Origin: Chlamydiota bacterium
GTDB taxonomy: Bacteria > Auribacterota > Tritonobacteria > UBA1439
Assembly (NCBI GenBank): GCA_037133055.1
Contig: JBAXOY010000069.1
Coordinates: 1-16,511 of the forward strand
Direction: 5' to 3'
DNA: 16,511 nt
Of this stretch, positions 16,094 to 16,511 are shown piece by piece. A program made the position numbers and the translations under genes. The stretch's first letter is position 1. The number at the start of each line of letters is the position of its first letter. The notes below the pieces were generated by a model. The model had not been told where the DNA came from. It saw nothing but the letters and a program-made list of their open reading frames with translations, and ran no database searches.

Positions 16094-16122
16094 TAGACAT
16101 GGCGGGGCGGATTCATTACACT
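16094..16122 (+). promoter_or_regulatory. Sigma70-type promoter for the last GT2
   Basis: TAGACA (16094-16099), 17-nt spacer, TACACT (16117-16122); purine-rich RBS AAGGGAAG before ATG 16206. Confidence 0.65.
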
Positions 16123-16205
16123 ATCCCCGACGCGACGGTCGCCCGCACGTCGCGGGGACCGGAGGGGCCCGTCCCGGCGTCGATCGCGGTGAAGGGAAGT
16201 GAAGT

Positions 16206-16511
16206 ATGGCTGCGGTTTCTCCCCGAGTCAGCATCATCATCACCTGTCACAATCTGGGCAGGTATCTTCATGAGGCCTTGGTCTCCGTTCACCGCCAGAC
16301 CCTTCAGGAGTACGAGATCATTGTCGTTGACGATGCATCCACCGAGAAGGGGACGGTGGAGCTCCTCGCGCGACTCGACATGCCCAGGACGCGACTGATT
16401 CGCGTTGAGAAACGCCGGACATCGGCGGCGCGGAATTTCGGCATCCGGGAGGCGCGGGGCCCCTACATCTGCTGTCTGGATGCGGACGACCTGCTTGAGC
16501 CGACCTACCTC
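16206..16511 (+). CDS. GT2 glycosyltransferase, N-terminal part (runs off the window)
   Basis: Translated by hand: MAAVSPRVSIIITCHNLGRYLHEALVSVHRQTLQEYEIIVVDDAST...SAARNFGIREARGPYICCLDADDLLEPTYL. Classic GT-A motifs including DADD; missing from the ORF track because it has no stop in the window. Confidence 0.92.
   Translation, partial: MAAVSPRVSIIITCHNLGRYLHEALVSVHRQTLQEYEIIVVDDASTEKGTVELLARLDMPRTRLIRVEKRRTSAARNFGIREARGPYICCLDADDLLEPTYL

Noticed and set aside
15991..16398. 135-aa ORF as a gene or precursor peptide
   Set aside because: It spans the predicted promoter, overlaps the real GT2 (16206 onward) out of frame, and has no motif.
1..16511. CRISPR array, IS/transposase, integrase, rRNA or tRNA
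   Set aside because: No regularly spaced repeats, recombinase motifs or RNA gene signatures were seen.

Overview
GC-rich bacterial DNA carrying part of a cell-surface glycan (O-antigen-, capsule- or S-layer-glycan-type) biosynthesis and export locus. A CvpA-like gene is followed by a near-consensus sigma70 promoter and a tightly coupled + strand operon. In order it encodes wzm, wzt (with a C-terminal carbohydrate-binding domain), an NAD-dependent sugar epimerase, GDP-heptose-pathway-like hddC/hddA/gmhA (no gmhB in the window), a UGM-like flavoenzyme broken by one in-frame TAA, a polyprenol-phosphate-type GT2, a GT-C-like membrane protein, and a GT2 with an unusual N-terminal domain. A DUF2142-like membrane gene lies on the - strand and overlaps that GT2 convergently by 148 nt. 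Two WsaF-like GT4 paralogues follow, then a structured intergenic region, a promoter and a GT2 cut by the window end (absent from the ORF track). The main hypothesis is a module that makes a heptose (possibly furanose), loads it on a lipid carrier and transfers it outside the cytoplasm. All family calls come from motifs recognised by eye; no searches were run.
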